NCBI GenBank assembly: GCA_017403085.1
Contig: JAFQOQ010000001.1
Coordinates: 295-64,294 of the forward strand
DNA: 64,000 nucleotides
Direction: 5' to 3'
Origin: Alphaproteobacteria bacterium
Lineage (GTDB): Bacteria > Pseudomonadota > Alphaproteobacteria > Rs-D84
Numbering within the stretch: position 1 is the first letter of the stretch; every line of letters starts with the position of its first letter. The position numbers and the translations under genes are program-made. Positions 37,807 to 46,097 of this stretch are shown in pieces. The notes under the pieces were generated by a model that ran no database searches, was not told where the DNA came from, and was given only the letters and a program-made list of their open reading frames with translations.

Positions 37807-37825
37807 CTAGCACAAGGAGAATATA

Positions 37826-38020
37826 ATGGTTTATTTGGCACAACCGCCTAAAAAGCCCACAGGCCGCCCAACACGTAAAGAATTATACGCCACACTTTTG
37901 TCCGTGTTTGCCAATCTGCGCTATCTATTATCAGAACTAGAAGAATTAGTTGATCGCGAAAACAAATACGATTTGCGTAAATATGCGCGCGAATTAAAAA
38001 AATTAGGTCGCCGCACCTAG
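37826..38020 (+). CDS. hypothetical basic 64-aa protein
   Basis: Strong SD AAGGAGA 6 nt upstream of the ATG. No family recognised. Confidence 0.5.
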   Translation: MVYLAQPPKKPTGRPTRKELYATLLSVFANLRYLLSELEELVDRENKYDLRKYARELKKLGRRT

Positions 38021-38353
38021 GTATTTATGCAATGCGTCTGGTGTTTGAATCGTGGCGTTTTTAATGCCGATTGCGCGCTTGCATAATCCCACGCATGTTC
38101 GTACCCCCTGGCCATCAAAACCATAGGGCAGGGCGCATGGCATATATATAAATTTCCACCCATATTGTCCTAATATTTTTATATCACGCATACGAATTTT
38201 GATTTGTACAATATTTCCCCGCCGTACAAATTGATACATAATTAATTGGCCATTGTTATTTGCCACAATTGGTGCGCAGTGTTTAAATTTTCTGCAAAAT
38301 ATTTTTGGTAAAATTTTTGATGTTTTATTTGAAAACGCGATAATTATCATCAT
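38003..38353 (-). CDS. hypothetical protein (116 aa)
   Basis: ORF in tandem with 38393..38740. Contains spaced Cys/His residues (FKHCAP, YMPCALP, TCVGLCKRAIGI). No family recognised. Confidence 0.5.
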   Translation of the reverse strand: MMIIIAFSNKTSKILPKIFCRKFKHCAPIVANNNGQLIMYQFVRRGNIVQIKIRMRDIKILGQYGWKFIYMPCALPYGFDGQGVRTCVGLCKRAIGIKNATIQTPDALHKYLGAAT

Positions 38354-38392
38354 ATATTCCTTTTTGAAAACGCCCCAACAATGGGGCGTTTA

Positions 38393-38740
38393 TTATTCAA
38401 TCCATCCGCATTTAAATGCCGCATCCCCCAGTGTTTTCATTGCACTGTCCCACACCGCTGCTGCGCGATTTTCTGACCAAATATATTGATGTGGCGCGCG
38501 CCGTTTATCGCCAAATTTTTTTAACACATTTAACTGTTCATCATTAATACGTCCCGACAAATATAGCTTTGTTATCAATGTTTCTACATCCAGTACTTCG
38601 CATGGCCTGCGCGTAGATGCGCAATGAATTCGTGAAAATCCATTTCGTACAGATTTAGAATACAGGAACCAGAACCACAGTTGTTCCGCCGACTGAAACT
38701 TTTCTGATGCAACTGGTGCTATACTTTTTTGTTGTGTCAT
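38393..38740 (-). CDS. hypothetical protein (115 aa)
   Basis: ORF with EQLWFWFLYS and a possible helical DNA-binding-like C-half. No family recognised. Confidence 0.5.
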   Translation of the reverse strand: MTQQKSIAPVASEKFQSAEQLWFWFLYSKSVRNGFSRIHCASTRRPCEVLDVETLITKLYLSGRINDEQLNVLKKFGDKRRAPHQYIWSENRAAAVWDSAMKTLGDAAFKCGWIE

Positions 38741-38932
38741 TTTTTCTTTCTCCTTTTTATTTTTTGGCCATAATTAGATATATAAACTAAGAAAAGATTC
38801 CTGTAAAACATTACAACCAGCGGTTGAACGTCGAATCGAAAATCCGATTCATGTCGTATTTTGTATTTTTGCGATACGAATCGATTCTTATCTTTTAACT
38901 CGGTTTTTATATCGGGTTTATATTTAAAAAAA

Positions 38933-38950
38933 GCGCGCATAACTGCGCGC
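38933..38950 (-). terminator. second intrinsic terminator downstream of virB10
   Basis: GCGCGCA-taac-TGCGCGC hairpin followed on the minus strand by T7. Confidence 0.6.
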
Positions 38951-39010
38951 AAAATAAATAAAAATCGTTATATATTTTTCCTTGGGTTATTGAATTGATT
39001 TTTAATAAAA

Positions 39011-39028
39011 ACCCACCATTTGGTGGGT
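39011..39028 (-). terminator. intrinsic terminator immediately downstream of virB10
   Basis: ACCCACC-attt-GGTGGGT hairpin followed on the minus strand by TTTTATT. Confidence 0.7.
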
Positions 39029-39032
39029 TGAT

Positions 39033-41357
39033 TTATATTATTGGCGGGAAACAGTCGCCACCTGATTCTGGACAGCAGTTAAAACCATCTTCGCCCATAT
39101 CGGTGTATATTTCACCCGCACAGCATCCATATTCATCTGGTGGGCTGCCATCTTCGCATGTAATGACGTCTTCCTGAACTGATGGCGCAGACGCATATGG
39201 GTTTTGTATTGTGCCATCGTCATTATATTTAATCCCCAGAATTTCTTCATTAAATTGCTGAGACCCAACGCCACCCAAATCCTCGATTTTTTGTTGATAT
39301 TGCGCCTTTTGGTCTTCGGTATATGCCTTGTACTGTAAATCCTTTTTCGATTCATAGTTTAGTGATTTACACCATAACAGCAACGTACTGTATGCATATC
39401 CACCACATAATTCTGGGCTTGTTGCACATTTTGGATCCGCGGTCAGCAACCCATCATCACCCTTAACACAATATGCATCTGTCACAAACGAGCGTGCCTG
39501 ACCAACCCATGATGGATCTTCCTCGTTTCGGCTTACCGGATGTTTGCCCATCCAGTCACTACGAGGTCCTCCTGTGCTAGATATTGTTTGAACTGCGCAT
39601 GCCTTTGTCTCGTCCGTGCATACTACACGCAAATCTTGTGGTGAATATACAGTTATACGTGTTCCTGCCGCAATTGTAAATGGCGGTACCGTATTATCCA
39701 ACATATCAACCATCAATTTTTGCGCAACCTGATTCCATGCGGTAATAATTTCATTTTTTGCCAATTCAGACGAACGCATTGTTCCGCTTTGTACCACTGT
39801 GTTGTTATCTAAATCAATCTGATTAACAAATGCATCTGCAACTGGGTTAATCAAATTTACTGCGGCCGGCACAAACGCAGTCAGCATCGGCATCAAGAAT
39901 TGTTCCATATAATCCGTACTGCCACGTCCCGGCACGCCAACACGTCCCTGGGCATCAGCCGAAAAAGGATCGTTTTCACGGTCTTGGAAATTAAATTCAA
40001 CACCATCTGGTCTGATAAATTGATACCATTGAATTTCCATTCTGCCAATTGCCTTGTATGGTCCTGGGATTTCACCAATCACATACCCCAGCATTAACGT
40101 TCCCGCCGGCAATATAATTGTCCGCCCATTATCAGAATATACATTTCTATCAACCGTTGCGCGTACCGGCAAAGATCTACCTTCGGATAAAATTTTATAG
40201 TCCGCGCGAACATCTGACACAATCGTCGCAGGAATTGGTTTATACTGACGCAGAACAAATGTTCTGTCGTATGGTTGTGTTGAATCTACATACGTACCAG
40301 ATGTTCCGTATACGATCTCTGATGGTGGTGCCGGCTCTAATTCCACTTTGCTCATACCATTGATAAGATAGTTATCATACATAGATGTATCGGTATTGGT
40401 TGCGCGACGTGGTGACACACTCAGTTGTGGTAATGCGCCTGCCTCAATCGTTGTATATCCGATATGATCGGCATCTGTACCGATTTTTTTACCATTGCCA
40501 TCGATATCTGTGATGATACCGCTGTCTGGATTATATATACCTGTTGGTTCATTGCACTCTTTATCTTCAAACGGGTGAAAATAATATGCGCCACCTTCTG
40601 GTTTAATCCATCCGATTTGAATCCCTGACGAATTATATCCAGGAAACGCAAAATCAGAACATGCCTCGGGTCTAGAAATTACCGCGATTTCTTCCTCTTC
40701 TTCTTCGTATGGCATCGGTGCCGACGGTGCGATTGCTTCGATTTCTTGTTTTATTTCCTCTTTGACCGGCAGTGGTTCTTCTTCCTCTTCTTCATATACA
40801 GGCTCCGGCTCAGGCTCAGGCTCTGATATAACAACTGGTTTTGGTTCTTCTATAATCACAGGCGTTTGCGCCCCCAGCGTCAAAATAACTTCTTTGACTT
40901 TTTTCATCGTATCGGTTTCGCTATCTGCGTGCCAATCAATCAGAATTTTTGTTGTTTCCGTCTGCATTGGTGCCGTTGGTGCATAGGTCACTGTAATCGT
41001 GCATGCCTGGGACGCTTTGATAACACCGGCGTTTTTGCATGTACTATTTACTTTCAGTCCGTCAATTTCTGCCTGTCGATTAACGGCCGTGATACGTACT
41101 GGCGCATTTACAGAAACTTTTATAACCTGGCTTTTCGTCTGACCAACAATTACATCTGTCCATGTAATCATATCTGGGTCTGCTTTCAAGGCCACCTGCA
41201 AATTATCACTTTCTATTACATCGTCATTATCGCCACCGCTTAATAACAGTGTCAGCAAAATCAACACCACCACAAACGCCGCGGCCAGCAACAACCACTG
41301 CACACGCTTTGGCGTATTATTACGCATTTCTAAAAATTGCTGTTTAAAATTTTTCAT
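39033..41357 (-). CDS. virB10: VirB10/TrbI-family type IV secretion protein with N-terminal and C-terminal extensions
   Basis: TM segment, Pro/Glu-rich tract (EPKPVVISEPEPEPEPVYEEEEEEP), and a TrbI-like core (RTIILPAGTLMLGYV, IRPDGVEFNF, DAQGRVGVPG). The ATG at 41357 has a GGGGG SD 17 nt after the virB9 stop. The ORF track starts at 41393. Confidence 0.85.
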   Translation of the reverse strand: MKNFKQQFLEMRNNTPKRVQWLLLAAAFVVVLILLTLLLSGGDNDDVIESDNLQVALKADPDMITWTDVIVGQTKSQVIKVSVNAPVRITAVNRQAEIDGLKVNSTCKNAGVIKASQACTITVTYAPTAPMQTETTKILIDWHADSETDTMKKVKEVILTLGAQTPVIIEEPKPVVISEPEPEPEPVYEEEEEEPLPVKEEIKQEIEAIAPSAPMPYEEEEEEIAVISRPEACSDFAFPGYNSSGIQIGWIKPEGGAYYFHPFEDKECNEPTGIYNPDSGIITDIDGNGKKIGTDADHIGYTTIEAGALPQLSVSPRRATNTDTSMYDNYLINGMSKVELEPAPPSEIVYGTSGTYVDSTQPYDRTFVLRQYKPIPATIVSDVRADYKILSEGRSLPVRATVDRNVYSDNGRTIILPAGTLMLGYVIGEIPGPYKAIGRMEIQWYQFIRPDGVEFNFQDRENDPFSADAQGRVGVPGRGSTDYMEQFLMPMLTAFVPAAVNLINPVADAFVNQIDLDNNTVVQSGTMRSSELAKNEIITAWNQVAQKLMVDMLDNTVPPFTIAAGTRITVYSPQDLRVVCTDETKACAVQTISSTGGPRSDWMGKHPVSRNEEDPSWVGQARSFVTDAYCVKGDDGLLTADPKCATSPELCGGYAYSTLLLWCKSLNYESKKDLQYKAYTEDQKAQYQQKIEDLGGVGSQQFNEEILGIKYNDDGTIQNPYASAPSVQEDVITCEDGSPPDEYGCCAGEIYTDMGEDGFNCCPESGGDCFPPII

Positions 41358-41376
41358 CTGCCCCCAGCCTACAGTT

Positions 41377-42891
41377 TTATTGCATTCTGACAACGCTGCA
41401 ACTTGTCCCGCTAAACTTCAACATTTTATCACACAGTGTCTGTGCGGTATCAATATCAGCCAACGGCCCAATACGCAGGCGGTACATGCGCGCGGTCGCG
41501 GAATCTGCACCCAAATCACCAACACCTTGTTCATCAACCGCATAGAACACCATGTCCTTATACGGCGTCAGCAATCCTTGGCCACTATCGCCACTAAATT
41601 TTGCCAACAGTGTCGTCCAGTATTCGTCCAACGCCTTGATTGACGTATCAGACTTTAATTCAATTGCGACACCTTGCTGGTTGCTGGAAATCAGCGGAAT
41701 ATTTGTCTGTGGTAAATACGCGCCCGCAGTGTTTCTTTCTGCTGGCAACATGTTAATTACGCTGCCCGATGATGTGCCGCCACTTTGTGGCATTCCATAC
41801 CCCGCAGGCATATAATAACCTGCACCCGTCATCGGATTAACGGTCGCAGTATTTCCCATGAACACTGGCGTACCTGTGTAATTTGTTCCCATGCTCATTG
41901 CGGCCATGCTGTCCGTATATGCGATATTGTTCAGCGATTGTCCCGACAGCATACTTTGCGCAACATTTGCCTCGGCCAGGGCCATAACAGATGCTGTATC
42001 GGCAATCAAGAAAGGTTTTTCACGCTTTTTTATACAAACGATACGTTGCCCACTGCGCAGAACCATATCGCCAACGGCCTCTACAATTAACAATCTGCCA
42101 TCTTCGCCGTCTGTACGGAATCCTACCGGTGATTCACCGCCTTCGACCATCAGGGAAACAACAGGTCTTTGTGTCATTGCAATAACTTTGTCGCCAAAGT
42201 CGATATATGTGAAAATTCTGTCGCGCCATACGCGTTCTGGTGCGATGACATAGTCATCTGGATTTGGTACAAATATATCCAAATCAAATCGGAATTCAGA
42301 TGGGTCGATTTTCATAGATTTTATCCAACCGTAATCTTCGCCATCAACACCCACGGTCGCAGGCTTTGCGGACGCCTTTTGGAATATAGATTTTGCGCCA
42401 CCTGTGACTGGTGTGCTGGCGCCACCTGCCAATTGTGCGCCACCATCTATGACAACATCAACTTGGGAATAAGTAATTTCATCAGAATTTGCTGGTTCGC
42501 TGCGCAGATAGAATATATATTGATTTCCCGACTTTCCTGATACAATCAAATTTGTATCCGCACCCATATTTCCTTCTGTTGGGGTGATAAACATTGTCTG
42601 ACCACCCTGCGTAGATTGGATGCTGAACATGCCGTCGTTTCCAACCATTGCATCTTGAATCTGTTCGCCGTTGGGCAACGTCACCATCGTCACCATACCT
42701 GCGCGCAACTTGATTGGTAACACGTTCCCCTTGGCCCAAGACAGTTGGGCGTATCCCGGCTTAGAACTGCCGGCAGACATATTTGCATTTGGGTTGTCCC
42801 ATGCGCTTTGTGCATTGCACACCGCAGGCACAGCCAACAAGGCCGCCATGCAAATAACAGATATATTTAATTTCAAGGCTTTTGCAAACAT
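41377..42891 (-). CDS. virB9: VirB9/TrbG-family type IV secretion protein fused to a C-terminal SPOR-like domain
   Basis: Signal peptide. VirB9 N-domain (IKLRAGMVTMVTLPNGEQIQD, TNLIVSGKSGNQYIFYL) and C-domain (PERVWRDRIFTYIDFG, PVVSLMVEGGESPVGFR). The tail is YRLRIGPLADIDTAQTLCDKMLKFSGTSCSVV. Confidence 0.85.
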   Translation of the reverse strand: MFAKALKLNISVICMAALLAVPAVCNAQSAWDNPNANMSAGSSKPGYAQLSWAKGNVLPIKLRAGMVTMVTLPNGEQIQDAMVGNDGMFSIQSTQGGQTMFITPTEGNMGADTNLIVSGKSGNQYIFYLRSEPANSDEITYSQVDVVIDGGAQLAGGASTPVTGGAKSIFQKASAKPATVGVDGEDYGWIKSMKIDPSEFRFDLDIFVPNPDDYVIAPERVWRDRIFTYIDFGDKVIAMTQRPVVSLMVEGGESPVGFRTDGEDGRLLIVEAVGDMVLRSGQRIVCIKKREKPFLIADTASVMALAEANVAQSMLSGQSLNNIAYTDSMAAMSMGTNYTGTPVFMGNTATVNPMTGAGYYMPAGYGMPQSGGTSSGSVINMLPAERNTAGAYLPQTNIPLISSNQQGVAIELKSDTSIKALDEYWTTLLAKFSGDSGQGLLTPYKDMVFYAVDEQGVGDLGADSATARMYRLRIGPLADIDTAQTLCDKMLKFSGTSCSVVRMQ

Positions 42892-42922
42892 TATACCAAT
42901 CCTTCTGCTTTCTTTATTTTTT

Positions 42923-43600
42923 TTATTCCGTCATTACAAAACCTGTATCCAATGGGTCTGTCCCGTCGCCAGACATAACGCTGTATTCTGTCACGCGCAA
43001 CCCCAATGGTGTTTCTAGTCTGTCGGACCATTTTATCTGTGGTGCCTCCTCAGACGACAATCTTAATTTGATTATATAATCTTTTTGTGACTCCAATCCA
43101 GAACTATTTGTGCAAATATAACGAAATTTTACCTGATACGCATCATCTGCCACCAGATAATTAATTGCGCCCGTCTCGAATTCGACTAAACAAGTCTGGT
43201 CATAGTCTGGTGTGTCGCTCATAACCTCGTTCCAAATATCGGTTTGGGTAAAGTCGGCATACACGTCATCATTGGACCATGTGCGCACGACGCCGTTGTC
43301 ACCGTTCCACTTTTTGCTCATCACATTAGAATTCGCAGATACTTCGTTTCTGGCGCGCATATACTCACGAATGAATAATTTCTTATAATTATCCAAAAAT
43401 TCGTCTTGTGCCGGCATTTCGCGCAGTGTCACTTCTAAATCATCGCGTACTGCGGTTGTTAAAAAGAATACCTGTGGCCGGTTTAACGGGAACATATTAT
43501 ACACCGTTATGGCCATCGCGACCAGCACGACCAACGCCGCTGCGAATACAAAAGTCAGCAATCTAGACATCAAAACTGGCGGTTCTACGCGGTCTTGCAC
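42923..43600 (-). CDS. virB8: VirB8-family type IV secretion protein
   Basis: GTG start at 43600 with an AAAGGGGGAGAAA SD. N-terminal TM segment, and the conserved C-terminal motif TPLGLRVTEYSV. 225 aa instead of the 289-aa track ORF. Confidence 0.8.
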   Translation of the reverse strand: MQDRVEPPVLMSRLLTFVFAAALVVLVAMAITVYNMFPLNRPQVFFLTTAVRDDLEVTLREMPAQDEFLDNYKKLFIREYMRARNEVSANSNVMSKKWNGDNGVVRTWSNDDVYADFTQTDIWNEVMSDTPDYDQTCLVEFETGAINYLVADDAYQVKFRYICTNSSGLESQKDYIIKLRLSSEEAPQIKWSDRLETPLGLRVTEYSVMSGDGTDPLDTGFVMTE

Positions 43601-43625
43601 GATTTCTCCCCCTTTAATTAAAATG

Positions 43626-43655
43626 ATTGTAGAAAAAAATAGCGCGCATACGCAA
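43626..43655 (-). promoter_or_regulatory. candidate promoter of the virB8-10 operon
   Basis: On the minus strand: TTGCGT, 18-nt spacer, TACAAT, about 25 nt upstream of the virB8 GTG. Confidence 0.35.
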
Positions 43656-43705
43656 GAAAAAATTTGCAAATTCAAAATCCTAGTAAAAAATATGTAAAAA
43701 TATGC

Positions 43706-43734
43706 TTGCGACAAAAAAATAAAAATATTATAAT
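43706..43734 (+). promoter_or_regulatory. candidate sigma70 promoter of tRNA-Trp-secE-nusG
   Basis: TTGCGA, 17-nt spacer, TATAAT, about 90 nt upstream of tRNA-Trp. Confidence 0.5.
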
Positions 43735-43824
43735 ATTTCCGCTTGATTTTTCGTGCTTGTGTGCTATTCTGCCACAGACTATGTAGTGGCATGCGGCGCG
43801 TCAGACGGGTATAATATGCAATTC

Positions 43825-43898
43825 AGGGGCATAGTTCAACGGTAGAATATCGGTCTCCAAAACCGCGGATGAGGGTTCGATTCCTTCTGCCCCTGCCA
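43825..43898 (+). tRNA. tRNA-Trp (anticodon CCA), CCA end encoded
   Basis: AGGGGCA/TGCCCCT acceptor, anticodon loop CTCCAAA, T-loop TTCGATT. In the canonical position upstream of secE. Confidence 0.95.
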
Positions 43899-43965
43899 GT
43901 TTTTATGATTCTGGTGTTGGTTGCGCTATATGGTTGGGTAAATTGATAATATTAGGCGAATTTTT

Positions 43966-44145
43966 ATGAAGAAAATGCTAGATTTTTTTAATTCAGTGCG
44001 CAGCGAATGGTTTAAAATTGTGTGGCCATCGCGCGACAGTGTGATTCATGCGACTATAATGATTCTGGTGTTTTCGGCTGTTGCGGCGCTGTTCTTTTTT
44101 GTTATAGACAGTTTGTTAAACGCGATTGTTAGTTGGGTTTTCTAA
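43966..44145 (+). CDS. secE: preprotein translocase subunit SecE
   Basis: Hand translation gives 59 aa, MKKMLDFFNSVRSEWFKIVWPSRDSVIHATIMILVFSAVAALFFFVIDSLLNAIVSWVF. Below the ORF-track cutoff. Confidence 0.88.
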   Translation: MKKMLDFFNSVRSEWFKIVWPSRDSVIHATIMILVFSAVAALFFFVIDSLLNAIVSWVF

Positions 44146-44164
44146 TACGTCAAAGGAAGCATAA

Positions 44165-44698
44165 ATGGAAGAAAAAATGCAGTGGTTTGTCGTCAATGTT
44201 CATACTGGGTGTGAAGATAAGGTTGCACGTGGTCTGCGCGAACAGATTGACAAGCGTCGTTTGAATGCGTTGTTTGGTGAAATTTTGGTCCCCACGCGCG
44301 AGGTTACAGAAATCAAGGCTGGCAAACGTGTAAAGAGTGAAAAAAAGTTTTTCCCAGGTTATATCGTTGTTCAGATGGTTATGAACAATGAAACATTTAC
44401 ATTGGTGAAACAAATTCCGCAGGTTGTTATGTTCTTGGGTGCGCGACAGAAACCAATCGCGGTCAGCGAAGAAGAAGCACGTCGCCTGTTAAAACAGGTT
44501 GAAGAGGGTGCGGTTGTTATGGATGATGTTGAATACGAAGTTGGGCAAGAGGTTCATGTTATCGATGGGCCATTTGCAGGCTTTAACGGTGTTGCATCCG
44601 AAGTTGATAATGTAAAACAAAAAATGACTGTGACTGTTCTGGTGTTTGGTCGTGAAACCAGTATGGAACTAGAATTTAACCAGGTCGAACGGGTTTAA
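44165..44698 (+). CDS. nusG: transcription termination/antitermination factor NusG
   Basis: 177 aa with an NGN domain and the KOW motif (VHVIDGPFAGFNG). Confidence 0.96.
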   Translation: MEEKMQWFVVNVHTGCEDKVARGLREQIDKRRLNALFGEILVPTREVTEIKAGKRVKSEKKFFPGYIVVQMVMNNETFTLVKQIPQVVMFLGARQKPIAVSEEEARRLLKQVEEGAVVMDDVEYEVGQEVHVIDGPFAGFNGVASEVDNVKQKMTVTVLVFGRETSMELEFNQVERV

Positions 44699-44799
44699 GT
44701 GTATTGTCCGGCGACGGGCGATACGCAACTGTGGTAGATACGCCATATCGTACCACGGCACAACAGACGCAATGGTGCGTCAAAAAAATGGAGTGAAAA

Positions 44800-45231
44800 A
44801 TGGCAAAGAAAGAAGTTAAGGGATTGGTCAAATTGGTCGTCCCTGCGAAACAGGCTAATCCTGCGCCTCCTATTGGTCCGGCGTTGGGTGCTGCTGGTGT
44901 AAATATTGCAGAATTCTGCAAACAGTTTAATGACAAAACGGCTGACAAAGAACCTGGAATGCCAATTCCATGTATTATCACTGTTTATACAGATCGCAGT
45001 TTCGAATTCATTATGAAATTGCCACCTGTGTCATATTACATTAAAAAAGCATTAAAGTTAAAGATTGGTTCTCATAAACCGGGTCGTGACTTTGTTGGCA
45101 CAATCTCTCAGGCGCAAATCAAAGAAATCGCCGAAGCGAAAATGCCAGACTTAAATTGCTCTTCCATTGAATCTGCGATGAACATTGTTGCGGGTCAATG
45201 CCGTTCTATGGGCGTAAAGGTAGGGGAGTAA
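44800..45231 (+). CDS. rplK: 50S ribosomal protein L11
   Basis: 143 aa, [22 protein letters not shown]. Confidence 0.97.
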   Translation: MAKKEVKGLVKLVVPAKQANPAPPIGPALGAAGVNIAEFCKQFNDKTADKEPGMPIPCIITVYTDRSFEFIMKLPPVSYYIKKALKLKIGSHKPGRDFVGTISQAQIKEIAEAKMPDLNCSSIESAMNIVAGQCRSMGVKVGE

Positions 45232-45235
45232 TATC

Positions 45236-45910
45236 ATGAAACTGACAAAGAAACAACAGACTTGGAAGAATCTGGACACAGACAAAGTATATGCTTTGGC
45301 TGATGCTATCGAAGTTTTACGTGAATATGCGTCCAAGAAATTTGACGAAACATTGGAAATTGCTATCCGTTTGGGTATCGATGTAACCAAGGCAGATCAG
45401 AACATTCGTGGTATGCTGTCTTTGCCAAATGGCACTGGTAAATCTGTACGCGTTGCAGTATTTACAGCCAACGCGCAAGACGAAGCAAAACAGGCGGGTG
45501 CAGATGTTGTTGGTGGCGAAGAATTGATTGATTCTGTTGCGGCTGGCAATATTAACTTTGACCGCGTGATTGCGACACCTGATATGATGCCAAAAATGTC
45601 AAAAATCGCACGTGTATTGGGTCCAAAGGGTTTGATGCCGAATCCAAAATTGGGTACGGTCACAAACAACGTGGCAGATGCTGTTAAGACTGCCAAGGCG
45701 GGCCAGATTGAATATCGTGCTGAAAAGAAGGGTATTATTCACGCCGGTATCGGTAAAATGTCTTTTGAAACTGCAAAATTGGTTGAAAATGCAAATGCAT
45801 TAATTGAACAGTTGAAAAAGGTTAAACCTGCATCGTCCAAAGGTCAGTATATCTTGGGTATCTCTGTTGCGACAACTCAGGGCCCAGGTCTGAAGATTGA
45901 TGCGAAATAA
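45236..45910 (+). CDS. rplA: 50S ribosomal protein L1
   Basis: 224 aa, GTGKSVRVAVF and LGPKGLMPNPK motifs. Confidence 0.97.
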   Translation: MKLTKKQQTWKNLDTDKVYALADAIEVLREYASKKFDETLEIAIRLGIDVTKADQNIRGMLSLPNGTGKSVRVAVFTANAQDEAKQAGADVVGGEELIDSVAAGNINFDRVIATPDMMPKMSKIARVLGPKGLMPNPKLGTVTNNVADAVKTAKAGQIEYRAEKKGIIHAGIGKMSFETAKLVENANALIEQLKKVKPASSKGQYILGISVATTQGPGLKIDAK

Positions 45911-46097
45911 TTAATTGCGACCGTGGATGTCCATGGTCGCAAAAACAGATTTCTGTCCAAGACTGATGGTGTGGTGTAACGCTGCTTAATTTCCATCATA
46001 GACAAAGAAAAAATTCTTTGGGGCAGGAACCAAAGCCCCACCCAAGGGCAACCTTGGATGGAAAGTTAAACAAAACAGAAGCTTGAAGGAAAAATAG
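45911..46097 (+). promoter_or_regulatory. possible rplJ (L10) leader region
   Basis: 187-nt untranslated gap with hairpins TGCGACC...GGTCGCA (about 45914-45942) and TGGGGC...GCCCCA. Assigned by position only; the L10-leader fold was not verified. Confidence 0.3.

Noticed and set aside
38737-38952. 71-aa minus-strand ORF
   Set aside because: Its start lies inside the GCGCGCA/TGCGCGC terminator hairpin. It covers an AT-rich promoter-like region with palindromes and has a Lys/Phe-rich composition.
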